Assembly: GCA_051294375.1 (NCBI GenBank)
Contig: CM119268.1
Coordinates: 3,128,703-3,192,702 of the forward strand
DNA length: 64,000 nt
Direction of reading: 5' to 3'
From: Paraspadella gotoi
Lineage: Eukaryota > Animalia > Chaetognatha
Shown: piece after piece, positions 1 through 11,750 of the stretch
Layout: the number at the start of each line of letters is the position of its first letter
Numbering within the stretch: position 1 is the first letter of the stretch
Translations under genes and position numbers: made by a program
Notes under the pieces: generated by a model
The model's input: only the letters and a program-made list of their open reading frames with translations
What the model was told of the DNA's origin: nothing
Databases searched by the model: none

Positions 1-142
1 TTCCCATTAAAATTTGAATTTGGTCGGCTACCGCTAATATCACGTAGTTTAATCAAAAGGTGGCGCTCGCCTCGTAACTAAGAAATACGTAAGGAGCCAA
101 AAAAAAGAGATTTCATCAGTAGAAAAAATATATAGTATTGCG

Positions 143-198
143 CCGACCGACCGACCGACCGACCGACCGACCGACCGACCGACCGACCGACCGACCGA
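143..198. repeat. (CCGA)n tetranucleotide microsatellite, ~14 units
   Basis: Perfect ccga tandem read directly from the sequence. Confidence 0.97.
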
Positions 199-545
199 TT
201 GGGAAACCATTTTTTTGTTCGAGGACGACGTTTGCTTTCGGTGTCAACATTTTATGTCGGCCCCGCCATCGATATCATCGACAAGAAAAGAATCCATTTA
301 ATCTGTGAGTGAATTAATATCCTTTTCTCTCCCGGTCATCTTAGGTTTTCGGTGGCGCCGGGATTACACTCGGAGCAACTCTATATAAAATTGCGGTAGG
401 AGATTGGTTTGGTTTATTTCGCCAAAGACATTTGAAGTCAGATACGCAGACGCACGTGGCGCTTCTAGTCTAACCGCCACAATTATTCAGTTATAACTAA
501 ATAGTTAAGTTATATACCGATAGTAGAGCCAAACTNNNNNNNNNN

Positions 546-752
546 AAAGAAAGAAAACAAGGAAAGACATAATGGGAAAGAGATGAAAAGGGGAAGAAGG
601 GTCAAATTGGCAAAAAGTAATGATGATATGAAAAAAAGATTTTAAGTTTTACATAATGATATTTAACCCCAACCGTCTAAAAATTTTAAAAACGCATAAA
701 AATGAATTCATATCACTAGAGCCAAACTTCGTCAATGGGGTGGGTCAGAAGT
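546..752 (+). repeat. Gap-bounded direct duplicate of ~1705-1906
   Basis: aaagaaaacaaggaaagacataatggg...gggtcagaagt occurs at both places with small indels. This copy lies between a 10-N gap and a 25-N gap. Positions 1-36 also equal 2453-2488. Confidence 0.9.
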
Positions 753-1032
753 NNNNNNNNNNNNNNNNNNNNNNNNNCCAGAGGAGATTACTAAGTTCGC
801 AAGTAAGAGAAAATTAAGAAGAGAATGTGGATGCTTGTGAGTGGGAGATGAACATTAATTATTTGTCAATCGCTATCTTTTTTAGTTTGGATTTATTTTT
901 CTAACGCCCATTAAAATTAAAAATGTTTGAACATTTTTTAGCTAGTAGTAAAGTTTTTAACTGTTATCGCGCGAAAACAACCCAATCTTTTTGGTCGTTT
1001 TTCGTTTTCAAGGTTAGTCCCATTAGATATTT

Positions 1033-1076
1033 CCTCTCTCTCTCTCTATCCTCTCTCTCTCTCTCTCTCGTCTCTC

Positions 1077-1120
<44 letters not shown>

Positions 1121-1343
1121 CTTCTCTTTCGCGTCCCAGAAAGGTAAAGTCTAGGACAACAGAGCTCCCATTATTCGCTTCATAAATCTGAAGAGAATTT
1201 TAATAGTCTTCGTGTCGTTCGTTAGTTTCCTTCAAAATAGTTAAGGTGAAAGTTCGGTCTGTCGTTACTATTACCTCGCCTCCCTTTCTAATCGTCTTCT
1301 CTCGTGTGCTCTTCTCTCTCTCTCTCTTCTCTCTCTCTCCTCT

Positions 1344-1392
<49 letters not shown>

Positions 1393-1490
1393 TCTTTCCT
1401 CATCTACGAGCAAAGTCGAACATAAGAACTTTTTCCCTCATAATCGCGAAACGAAGATCTCGCCTTCGCATTTTAATCGATGCAGGGGGA

Positions 1491-1529
<39 letters not shown>

Positions 1530-1679
1530 GAGAGAGAGAGAGAGAGAGAGAGAGTGAGAGAACTGAGAAAAATTAAGTTCGGAAGTTAAAAAAAAAAGAA
1601 TATGTAGGTTAAATAAATTAAAGAAAATAAAAAAAGAAAGAAAGTAAAGAAAGAAGAAAGAAAAAAAAGAAGAAAGAAA

Positions 1680-1712
<33 letters not shown>

Positions 1713-1715
1713 AAA
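1033..1715. repeat. (CT)n, (GA)n and (AAAG)n microsatellite cluster
   Basis: Tracts at 1033-1116, 1307-1392, 1492-1560 and ~1670-1712. Confidence 0.95.
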
Positions 1716-1969
1716 CAAGGAAAGACATAATGGGAAAAGAGATGAAAAGGGGAAGAAGGGTAAAATTGCAAAAAGTAATGATGATATGAAAAAAAGATTT
1801 TAGTTTTACATAATGATATTTAACCCCAACCGTCTAAAATTTTAAAAACGCATAAAATGAATTCATATCACTAGACGCAAACTTCGTCCATGGGTGGGTC
1901 AGAAGTTTGATTTGGGAACCTTTCCAAATGAAACTTCATACATTTCTGAGAAAACTTTCAATGGAGCAA

Positions 1970-2400
1970 AATTTTCTAAAATGGCAAGAAGCATTAGTAA
2001 TAATTTTTTTAATATTTTATTTATAGATAGGAAATGTCAAAAAAATTTTTTTTAAATTTTGTTATTTTTAAAAGCAGATTCAGATAGCTTATAAAAAGTT
2101 TCTAACGACAAAGTATAATTCTTTTTTCAATATTTTGATGAATTAGTGGTAAAATTGGAAAAAACTTTAAAAAATCATCATCATCATTCATCATCCGATG
2201 ATTTTAGCAGTTTTTATTAATTTTAGTAATAAAACACCAAATTTTTAAAAAGTGTAATTATATTTTTGCTTAACTTTTTAAGCTCTATCAGAATCATTAA
2301 AAAAACTTAAAATATCCAAAAAAATTTTGGACATTAAATAGCGAATATAATAATATTTAATTAGCGAATTACTCATGGTTGGGACATTTTTGCAAAAAAA
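1970..2400. mobile_element. Palindromic MITE/foldback-like AT-rich element
   Basis: Left arm aatgtcaaaaaaattttt...gattcagatagcttataaaaagtt (from 2033) pairs with right arm aactttttaagctctatcagaatc...aaaaaattttggacatt (to 2335). Related half-copies at ~7422-7495 and ~10700-10751. Confidence 0.65.
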
Positions 2401-2622
2401 ATATTTTAATACAATAATTAAAAGCAATAACGGCATTAACGTTATAATACTGTTCCCATTAAAATTTGAATTTGGTCGGCTACCGCTACCGATAGATGAT
2501 GCGCTCCAGTTGCTCTAAACCTGATAAAACTGAAATGCGTGCACATGCGAAAGTCACTTCGGCGCAACACTTAGACATCGCCGCTTCTGGTGTCGAGCTC
2601 ATCAAATCGGACCCAACAGAAA

Positions 2623-2688
<66 letters not shown>

Positions 2689-3188
2689 CCTCTCTCTCTC
2701 CCTCTCTCTCACCAACGACGTTTCCTCGGATGAAATATTCTTTATTTTCACAATTTCCTCTTTTTTTTTTCTCCCTTCGACGTTTGGGTGGAGAAACCAT
2801 CGGACTTTTTTTTTGCTGACGGCGCGATCCTTCGGTCGGGATTGTGGAGCGGGAGATGGTGAATTTAGGGTAGGTGGGGGGGTTAGGAAGGTGGGCTCGA
2901 CGAAGGCTTGGATGGTTGAGGAAAAGAGGAAAGAGCTGGAGGGCCCCAACACGATCGTATCGGCCAAGGTCATCCTACGCCTTCCAAGTCACTTTACAAC
3001 TTGGCAAGAATAAAGTTATAACATTTTTTTGTGTCCCTTTAAAGATTCTTTAGTTATAATCATCGAATTATGAGTTTTCAAAGGTTCTGAGTTAAACAAC
3101 TGTATTTTAATAAAATTGAAAGCGATTGTGCGTTAGGACGAGAATATGTGTTTTGTTTTTTTTTCCAATATTTTTTAAGCCCCATAAG

Positions 3189-3515
3189 CTATTTCCAGGC
3201 CCCCCCTCCAGGCTTTGTGGATGGTGTCTACTCTACACTCTCCGATGAGTAGCGGTGACGACGATGGTGGGGGTGGTGGGGGTGGTGGAGGTGGAAATGA
3301 TGGAGGTGGGGAAGGTTGACATGAAGTGGCGGGACCACTACGATGAAGGCGAGACTGCTTTGGTTGTGGTTGAAGGATGTAAGCGGAATGACTGAACCGG
3401 GGCAGCGGAGCCGAAGGTAATGGTTTCGTCGTTGTCGTCTGCGGCGGCGGCGGCGGCGGCGGCGGCGGAAAGCGAAGGCTTATTATTGACCTCGATTGTT
3501 GTGGATTCCCTGTGT
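3189..3515 (-). CDS. Candidate proline-rich coding exon (unknown protein)
   Basis: Stop-free frame ...SLRFPPPPPPPPPQTTTTKPLPSAPLPRFSHSAYILQPQPKQSRLHRSGPATSCQPSPPPSFPPPPPP... in a GC-rich island. No recognisable domain. Confidence 0.25.
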
Positions 3516-3766
3516 TTTATCACTCAGGGAATCGGTTACTGTCGCTATGAAGCGGGACGTTGGAAAGCAAGGCGTAGAAAGGGAATGACGAGGCCATGCA
3601 GGATGGAGAGGATAAAAGACATTCTTCGGGAGGATGGTTAAAATTTAGAATCTCGAGGTGGATCAGACAGAGAGGGAGTCGAATTTTATTTTCCTCACTT
3701 TTTCCTTCTCACAATTCCCTTGGCTTCTATCACCGCAACTCTTTAATCTCGTATCACATTTTCACA

Positions 3767-3889
<123 letters not shown>

Positions 3890-3974
3890 GACCCGATCGC
3901 GTTTTGGGTCCATTAAGGATGTTTATCTCGGAGTTTATGATCCCAAAGAAACGTCGGAGCGGGGACAGAAAAAA

Positions 3975-4262
3975 AAAGGAGGAAGAAGGGAAAGTATAGG
4001 AGAAGAAATGAAAAAAAGGAGGGAAAAAAGGAAAGGATAGGAGAAGAAATGAAAAAAAGGAGGAAAAAAAGGAAAGGATAGGAGAAAAAATGAAAAAAAG
4101 GGGGAAGAAGGGAAAGGATAGGAGAAGAAATGAAAAAAAAGGAGGAAGAAGGGAAAGGATACGAGAAGAAATGAAAAAAAAAGGAGAAAGAAGGGAAAAG
4201 ATACGAGAAGAAATGAAAAAAAAAGGAGAAAGAAGGGAAAGGATAGGAGAAGAAATGAAAGG
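3975..4262. repeat. ~41-bp purine-rich minisatellite, ~7 units
   Basis: Unit gggaaaggataggagaagaaatgaaaaaaaggag(g)aagaa repeated with A-run length variation. Confidence 0.85.
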
Positions 4263-5145
4263 AACGCGGAAAGGTAATAATAGAGAGTTAAGGGAAAGAA
4301 AAAAAAGAATTAATTGAAAAAAAAACGAAGATAAAGAAAGAAGCTGGACCAATTACTATGTATTAAACCAGTGGCTGCGCCAATGGACAAATAATAAAAC
4401 TAAACTGTTACTTCGACTCGAATGGTAATTTGTAGATAAAAATAGTATTTTAATAATTTCAATACTTGCATAACTTTTTCAACTGGCATAATTTATGTCA
4501 ACTAGGTAGCGTAATTTCTATTCTACATATATCGTTATTCTCACTGATGAACTATTTTTTTAGAAATTTTTTTAATCAAGGCGGTTGATAAAACCAATTT
4601 TTAATCAAATTGTCAGATTTTTTTCAAATAAATACAAAAAAAGAATTTGACTAATTTCGAATTTTGAAAATTAAAACCAAATTGTAGCATTTGAACCCGT
4701 GCGGCTTCTGAAGAAACAAAAAATACGCTGCATCCGCCGCCGCATCCGCCGTAGCATCCGACGCAGCGTACGCCGCGGCCTCCGCGTCGCCGCCATTCGG
4801 CCGTTATTTCCGCCAACGATTTTGTCGACGCAATCGCCTTTAGATTTGCCGCCGCCGCCGCCGCCGACGCCGCCGTCGCCGCCGCCGCCGCCGACGCCGC
4901 CGCAGTCTGATTTCTTCTTCTCTTCCCTCACTTTCACTTCCGCTGTCTTTAAAGCCTTCACGCGGCCATCGTGAACTCTTAACAATCATCATCACACTCA
5001 CCATCAAATTCACCTTCACATTCACCATCACATTCGCTCTCACATTCACCATCAAATTCACCAGTTTCACTTACATGTTATTTTCCTGTCTTAGTTGTTT
5101 CATTGCATTTATTGTTTCATTGCATTTATGCCTTACCTTCTTTAG

Positions 5146-5889
5146 ATTTCCCTACCCATTTACCTCCCACCTGATCCTCCACCGCCGCCGCCGCAGCCGC
5201 CGCCACCGCAGCCGCAGCCGCAGCCGCAGCCGCCCTCCCCCTTCCGGCTTGAAGGAGGCCATAACCGGAAATTGAACGCCGATTCGGGCGACGCCGTTTT
5301 CGTCGGCCATCGGCGGCGCCGGGTGGAGAAAAGCTGGTGGATCAGAAAAGGCGCAGGTCGGAGAAACAAGGCCGCGGGTCGGAGAAGCGGCGGCGCCCGT
5401 CGGAGGAGCTGTAACGTTGGTCAGATAGGAAATATCCCAGGTCGGAGGATCTGCCTCGCTGGTCAGAGGAGCAGCGTGTCGGAACGGAACATTGCAACGG
5501 CGCCGTTTCATTGTCACGCCGGTCAGAGGAGCAGCGTGTCGGAACAGAAGAGACGCAACAGCGCCGTTTCTTCGTCGCGCTGGTCAGAGAAGCGTGTCGG
5601 AACGGAACAACGCAACGGCACTGTTTCATTGTCGCGCCGGTCAGAGGAGCATCGAGTCAGAACGGAATTGATGCAACGGTGCCGTTTCTTCATTGCGCTG
5701 GTCAGAGGAGCATCGAGTCGGAATGGAAGCATCGCAACCGCGCCTTTTCTTCATTGCGCCGGTCAGATGAGCAGCATGTTGGAATGGAAGCGACGCAACG
5801 GCGCCATTTCTTCATCGCGCCGGTCAGAGGAGCAGCGTGTCAGAACGAAGCGACGCAACGGCGCCGTTTCTTCGTCTCGACGACCGTAA
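5146..5889 (+). CDS. Candidate exon/ORF: Pro/Gln-rich segment, then Arg/Gly heptad repeats, then 60/61-nt repeat units
   Basis: Follows the acceptor-like ccttaccttctttag (ends 5145). The frame is open for 247 codons and contains track ORF 5272-5889. No known domain. Confidence 0.3.
   Translation: MSLPIYLPPDPPPPPPQPPPPQPQPQPQPPSPFRLEGGHNRKLNADSGDAVFVGHRRRRVEKSWWIRKGAGRRNKAAGRRSGGARRRSCNVGQIGNIPGRRICLAGQRSSVSERNIATAPFHCHAGQRSSVSEQKRRNSAVSSSRWSEKRVGTEQRNGTVSLSRRSEEHRVRTELMQRCRFFIALVRGASSRNGSIATAPFLHCAGQMSSMLEWKRRNGAISSSRRSEEQRVRTKRRNGAVSSSRRP
5356..5882. repeat. Nested minisatellite: five 21-bp units grading into seven 57-61-bp units
   Basis: ggtc(g/a)ga-type anchors at 5356, 5377, 5398, 5419, 5440, then 5461, 5521, 5582, 5639, 5700, 5761, 5822. 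The long units carry the palindrome aacggcgccgtt or variants of it. Confidence 0.92.
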
Positions 5890-5946
5890 ATCTTTCAGGC
5901 GAAGATTCGGTTTGGAAGAAGAGTCGGGCGAGTCAGAGACGATGAG

Positions 5947-6341
5947 GAAGAAGAAGAAGAAGAAGAAGAAGAAGAAGAAGAAGAAGAAGAAGAAGAAGAA
6001 GAAGAAGAAGAAGAAGAAAGAAGAAGATGTGATAATGACGACGACGACAGCGACGACTGTGACGAAGACGACGAAGTCACGACGCATGAATTTAAATCGG
6101 AATCCTTTATTATATTTAACGAATTTTACTTTCTTAAATCTTAATTTCTTAACTAAATCTTAACGAAATTTCTTCGTTTTTTGTGGTTTCGGCTGCAGCC
6201 TTGGTCAAGAAAAACAATTGAGGGACAAAATAGTACATACATACATAGATATTTGTCAACCATTGCCAGGCGGCCAGCAATGAAATGGACGCAATTGACG
6301 ACGGGATGTGGTGGTGGTGGTGGTGGTGGTGGTGGTGGTGG

Positions 6342-6405
<64 letters not shown>
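5947..6405. repeat. (GAA)n (5947-6018) and compound (GGT)n(GAT)n (6308-6405) microsatellites
   Basis: Read directly from the sequence. Confidence 0.95.
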
Positions 6406-6406
<1 letters not shown>

Positions 6407-6823
6407 GCGATCGAAGCGCTATTGATGATGACGACATGTACGTGTGATGATGACTAGAATGACTTTTATCTCAAAGTAGGCGATTTCGCTTGGGAATATT
6501 TATTGTATGAGAAATTAAATTTTAATTAACAACGGAGATCAGGCTACTTGAGGCCAAAACAATTGGGAAATGAAAAAAAAAACAAAAAAAACTATCAATA
6601 TCAAGAAAATGTCGTCAGGGAAAAAGAAATTTCAACGTCGAAGAAGAAAAATGAAAAAGGGAATTTAGAAAAAGGAAATCTGAGATGAGACGAAAGATCG
6701 AATCAGTGCGGGACATTGCACGGGCTCAGGTGAAGATGGAAACAAACAATGACGCTGACAGGTTTGATTCTCTCTCTCTCTCATGTTTCCTCCCTCTCTC
6801 TGTCTCTCGCTCTCTCTCTCTCA

Positions 6824-6880
<57 letters not shown>

Positions 6881-8012
6881 TCCTCTCTTCTCTCCCTCTC
6901 TCTGTCTCTTGCTCTCTCTCTCTCTCTATCTCTCTCTCTCTTCTCTCCTCTCCTCTCTCTCTCTTCTCTCTCTCTCTCTCTCTTCTCATAACTCACATCT
7001 TACTTTTTCTCCGCTCTCATTCTTTCCCTCCTTCTTTTTTTTTTTAAATTCCGATAACTCGTGTCTAGCCTTTCCCGATACTGAGATCGGACGCAGAAAA
7101 TTCCCATTCTATAGGAAAGAAAGAGAAAAAAAGAAAAAAAAAAGAAAGAGGGTCTATTTCAGCTTAAATTCAGAATTTGGTTTGTTTGTATGTTTGGAGA
7201 TTAAGGATTAGGTTTGGGATTAGGACAGGAATGGGGCTATTGATTAGATTAGGAATTTGGTTGGTAAGGCGGGCCAGAAATTTACATTTTGTTACAATAT
7301 GAACAAGTCTGCAATAAAAGTATTTTGTCCTTTTACAACCAAATTGACTTATGATGTTAGATTTTGATTAAATTCATGTTCCTCATGCATGGAAGCATTT
7401 TAATATTTAACAATATAGAAGAAATGCTTAAAAAATTTTAAAGAAATTTAATTTTTTAAAAATGGATTCTGATAAATATTAAAAAGTTAGATAAAGGTTA
7501 GTATTATTGGTTAGAGTTTTGTCGAAAACAATAGGATTAGAATAATAAAAAAAATTAAACAAGAACGGTAATTCCAATGTGTTGCGCCGCAGTGAATTTA
7601 TTTTAACGTAATGATGACATGATATGACATGAAATGACATGAGTAAAAAACTTCTTTTGCCCGTGTATTTATTTCATGCCCTGCATCAAAATTCTGTCTT
7701 TTATTCTTTAGTTTTAATAATTCCTAAAAGCGGCGCAAGCAGTCCCTTAGATTCGAGGTTTTTTTCTGGCTAAACAAATGAACAACCAACTATAGGCAAA
7801 TTACATGAATTTTTAATGTAAGTGGGACAGACCGACGGACAGACATAACGACGGACCGATCGAGTGACACACCGACCCCAAAAAGTAGGAAAAAAATAAG
7901 TAAAAAGTTTAGACGCGAGAAAAAAAGTAAATAAACGATGAAAATAAAAAGAAAAATGTCAAAAATTTCTAGGAAATGAAGGGAATAAACAAAAGGATGG
8001 AGGAGACTGAAA

Positions 8013-8071
<59 letters not shown>

Positions 8072-8259
8072 CTACTGTACCTCAGTGAACAGAATCGAGA
8101 ATTAAAAAGGAGACAAGGAAGTTTAAACAGAATTTGTGGCAGTCATCAACGCGAAACAGATGTGCAATTCAACGAAACAGGGCAGCAAAATAGGAAACAG
8201 GTTGGCCGTGTGATTAAATTGCGTTCGGCTTAGCGGATCACTTTTGTAGTTTTACGTAG

Positions 8260-8471
8260 TATTTCTTTGATACTTACTCACTTCCCAACGTCGTTAAGAC
8301 CTCATGGACTTTATCTCCAGATGGCAGCAAAGAGGTGAAGTGGCAATGCAATGAGAAGCAAAGAATCCACCAGATTACTGATGACGGGATTCGTGCGAAC
8401 ATCAAAGGCTGGCATCGACCAGAATCAAACCATCCAGAATTCTTGGGACCAAAGATTCGAAAGGGGAAACT
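8260..8471 (+). CDS. Candidate internal coding exon (unknown protein)
   Basis: Acceptor ttttgtagttttacgtag| and donor |gtaaga. Complex stop-free translation YFFDTYSLPNVVKTSWTLSPDGSKEVKWQCNEKQRIHQITDDGIRANIKGWHRPESNHPEFLGPKIRKGK. Splice-like signals also exist on the minus strand, so the strand is uncertain. Confidence 0.4.
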
Positions 8472-8502
<31 letters not shown>

Positions 8503-9569
8503 AAAGAAGTAGATGAATAAGAAAATAAAAGGAAGAAGAAAGAAGAGAAGGAGAGAGAGAGAGAGTGAGAGAGAGAGAGAGTGAGCAAAAACCGATGAGA
8601 AAAGTCTCCAGAGAACGATTACCAGGGTGAAAAGTGGATCCAAATAAGAATTAACAGACGACGACATCGACGACAACCTCGAGGAACACGACGACGACGA
8701 CGACGACGACGACCACGATGACGACGACTATGCCAAGGTAACAGAGGAAAACCTAATAACATAGTTCGACTTAGTCGACAACAACACCAAAAGGCTAGAC
8801 GTTTCCAGTTGCTAACAATGACATGTGACCTGCGTGAATGATAATGACATCAAAGATTCCGATGTCAGAAGCACAAGGACGACGACGACGCCGAATAAAA
8901 AAACAACATCCAACAATGAGTTGAGCTGCAGAACACATTTTTTTTTCGTCCTGGCATTATAGTCGCAAAGGGTGAAGAGAGAAGACAGTCGAGAGTGCAT
9001 GAGAGAGAGAGAAGAGAGTGCAGTAAGGGGAAAAGAGAGTGCAGGGATGGAAAAGAGAGTGCAAGGGAAGACAAAGACGTCATTTAGAATGATTTTAAAA
9101 AGATAGTCCACTGATGATCGCGTATGAACCTCAGATCGATTTAATAACTAGGGAAACTACTTGGAATAAGTTAACAAAAAAATAGATAAAAAATAAATAA
9201 AAAAAAAACAAAACAAAAAGCGCAGTTTTCTTTTTTTTCCTGCTTTTCTTTTCTCATCTTCTCTCTCTTCTCTCTTCTCTTCCTCTTATCTCTCTTCTCT
9301 TCTCTCTCTTCTCTCTCTCCTCTCTCTCTCTCGTCTCTCTCCTCTCCTCCTCTACTTCTCGTCTCTCTCCTCTCTCTCGTCTCCTTCTCTGTTTCTGAGT
9401 CAATATACTCAGCTCTCCGAACGCAGCCAGTAGACCGGAGCGGCGGCGCGCGGCTGCCTGATCGATCTCACTTCTCCTTCCGGGCTTCTTCCGCTCGATC
9501 GGGGAGATTTTCCTCTCTCGTCCGGGCTTCTTCCGGTCGAAGTCCGGAGCGGCATCGGGGCCGGATATC

Positions 9570-9607
<38 letters not shown>

Positions 9608-11656
9608 TCTGGCCTCTTGCCGTCTCTCTCTCTCTTTCTATCGTTGTTTGTTTTCCTTTTAAAATGGTAATTACTTTGTCATGCCTCTCTCATTTAATGT
9701 CTCATCAAATTTAATGTCATATTTAAACTTGAAAATAATTTTTTTTAAATAACTAATTTTGAAGAAAGCCATACTCAACTTTAATAACGACATTTCTTTT
9801 TTAGGAGATTAGCAGTATTCAAAGTATTTAACGATTTTTTTTTTCTCTATAGGCCGAAAAATAATAATAATTTGAAGTAAAAAATAAGGCTTTCTTGAAA
9901 TAATCACAGTGAAAACAAACCAAGAAGAAACTAAATAAAATCCAAGCTGATCCAATACGAACAATATATTCTAAATTAGAGAAAAAATGTTTTTTCAAAA
10001 AAACAAAATTTTTTTGACATTTGTTTAAAAAGATCTTTTTATTATTTCGAGAAGTTTAAAAAGTACTAGGAATTAAAAAAATATGAAGTCTATACCCTTT
10101 GTAGAGCTGACAATAGGCTAAATTTTGCATACTATGTTTTTTTTTTCAAATTAACGCTAAGTTTTAATTGATTGTGAATTTTGTGAAATATTCAAGTAAA
10201 GAAATCTAAGTTGATGTCAAAACTTTCAAAGACCTCATTGGGGCCGAGAAGATAATCCTAAAGACATTTTCGAATTGAGTAAAAAATTGATGTCAGATAT
10301 GGCCACATGTCGGGTTAAAAGATGAGCCACAAATTTTTAGTCTCTTTTTGGTTAAAGGTAACTACAGAGAATATCTCCACCTTAATTACAGGAAATACAA
10401 CAAAGAAAAAAGTATTACTGTATTTATTAACTAGTAGTATAAATGGTGATTAATTAGTTAAGTAGTAGTAGAGTAGTAGTGTAGTATAGTAGCTTTAGGA
10501 TTCCAGACAAATGTTTGCCACGGCTTTTGTTTCAAAACTTTGCTCACTCCTGGTATAAGCTAAGGCGACCTCTCAAAACAGTACGGCACTAAGGGAGCTT
10601 TCTGAGACCACAAAAGACAACCTTAAAAAACTGTGCTAGCTTTTTTTGGAAAATTTGAATATTTAGTCAATTGAATTTAAATTTTAAATTAATGGAGAAA
10701 TTTAAATCTGCTTTTGAAAAGTAAGAAAATATTTTAAAATTTTTGAACATTTGACAATGTTTAAATATGGGCTATGCGAAAATGAAAATAAAAAAAAAAA
10801 TAATTTACAAATATTCACAGCTGCAATATGCTTGAATTTTTTTCTACTTGATTCTAAAATTGTCTACTCTTTCCTCTTCATACGTCCTCGCCCGTAAAAA
10901 AATGCAAATAATATATATCAATCTCATTTTCGATCATTTTTTAAATCTTTATATATTTTCAAATTGTTTTCAGCATATTTAATCATTATTGTTAGATGTA
11001 TATATCTTTTTTATTAATATTATTATTTTAAGGCTCAAAATGCTTAATATTAAAAAATGTTGACTAAATTTTTTTAATTTTTTTTCTCTCTTTTTCTTTC
11101 TTTTCTCTTTCTCGTTCTTTTCTGTCTTTCTTTTTTTTCTTTCTTTTTTTTGACAACCATCTTGAAATGACCTACAATAATGTAATTTTCCAAAAAGGCC
11201 TTCTCTTTAAAAGAGACCTCCCGGTCGCGCGAAAACCCATGATCGATCCGCTCGAGGCAGAGCAGAAGAGCCTCGCGGTAAGAGAGGGTAAGAGAGAGAG
11301 AAAGAGAGTAAGTCCGCCGTGCAGCTACGATCGGATCGACTTTGCAGCCGCGCGGATCCGGGAAAGAGTAGGAGAAGGAAGAGGAAGAGGAGTAAGAATA
11401 GCGCAGCCGCAAAAAGTCGAAGGCAGGGAGAAGCCGATCGGGCGGCGCGCGCGGCTGCTCCCGAGGCTGCGCTGTTTCGAGCTTCTGAGTATAGCATGCT
11501 GTTTCTCTGTCTCTTTTGTCTCTCTTTTTCTTTTGTCTTCGAAAGAGCGTAGGGGTAAAGACTTGTTGGAAGGTTAACTTAACTGGTGGGAAAAAACTTG
11601 AGGGAAAGGACAATGTAATTTATATTCGAAAAACAACACAAAGAGAGAGGGAGAGA

Positions 11657-11711
<55 letters not shown>

Positions 11712-11712
11712 A

Positions 11713-11750
<38 letters not shown>

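Noticed and set aside
5461-5882. CRISPR array (palindromic repeats with ~61-bp period)
   Set aside because: Whole units are homologous, so there are no unique spacers. There are no cas genes and the context is eukaryotic.
5824-6087. Signal peptide MRRDFVVFVTVVAVVVVII on the minus strand
   Set aside because: The hydrophobicity comes from (GTC)n/(TTC)n microsatellite translation, and the frame stops within the first repeat unit.
8260-8400. Polinton/adenoviral protease-like YFDSYG motif (YFFDTYSLP)
   Set aside because: No catalytic HW or Q..CG motif and no other Polinton genes nearby.
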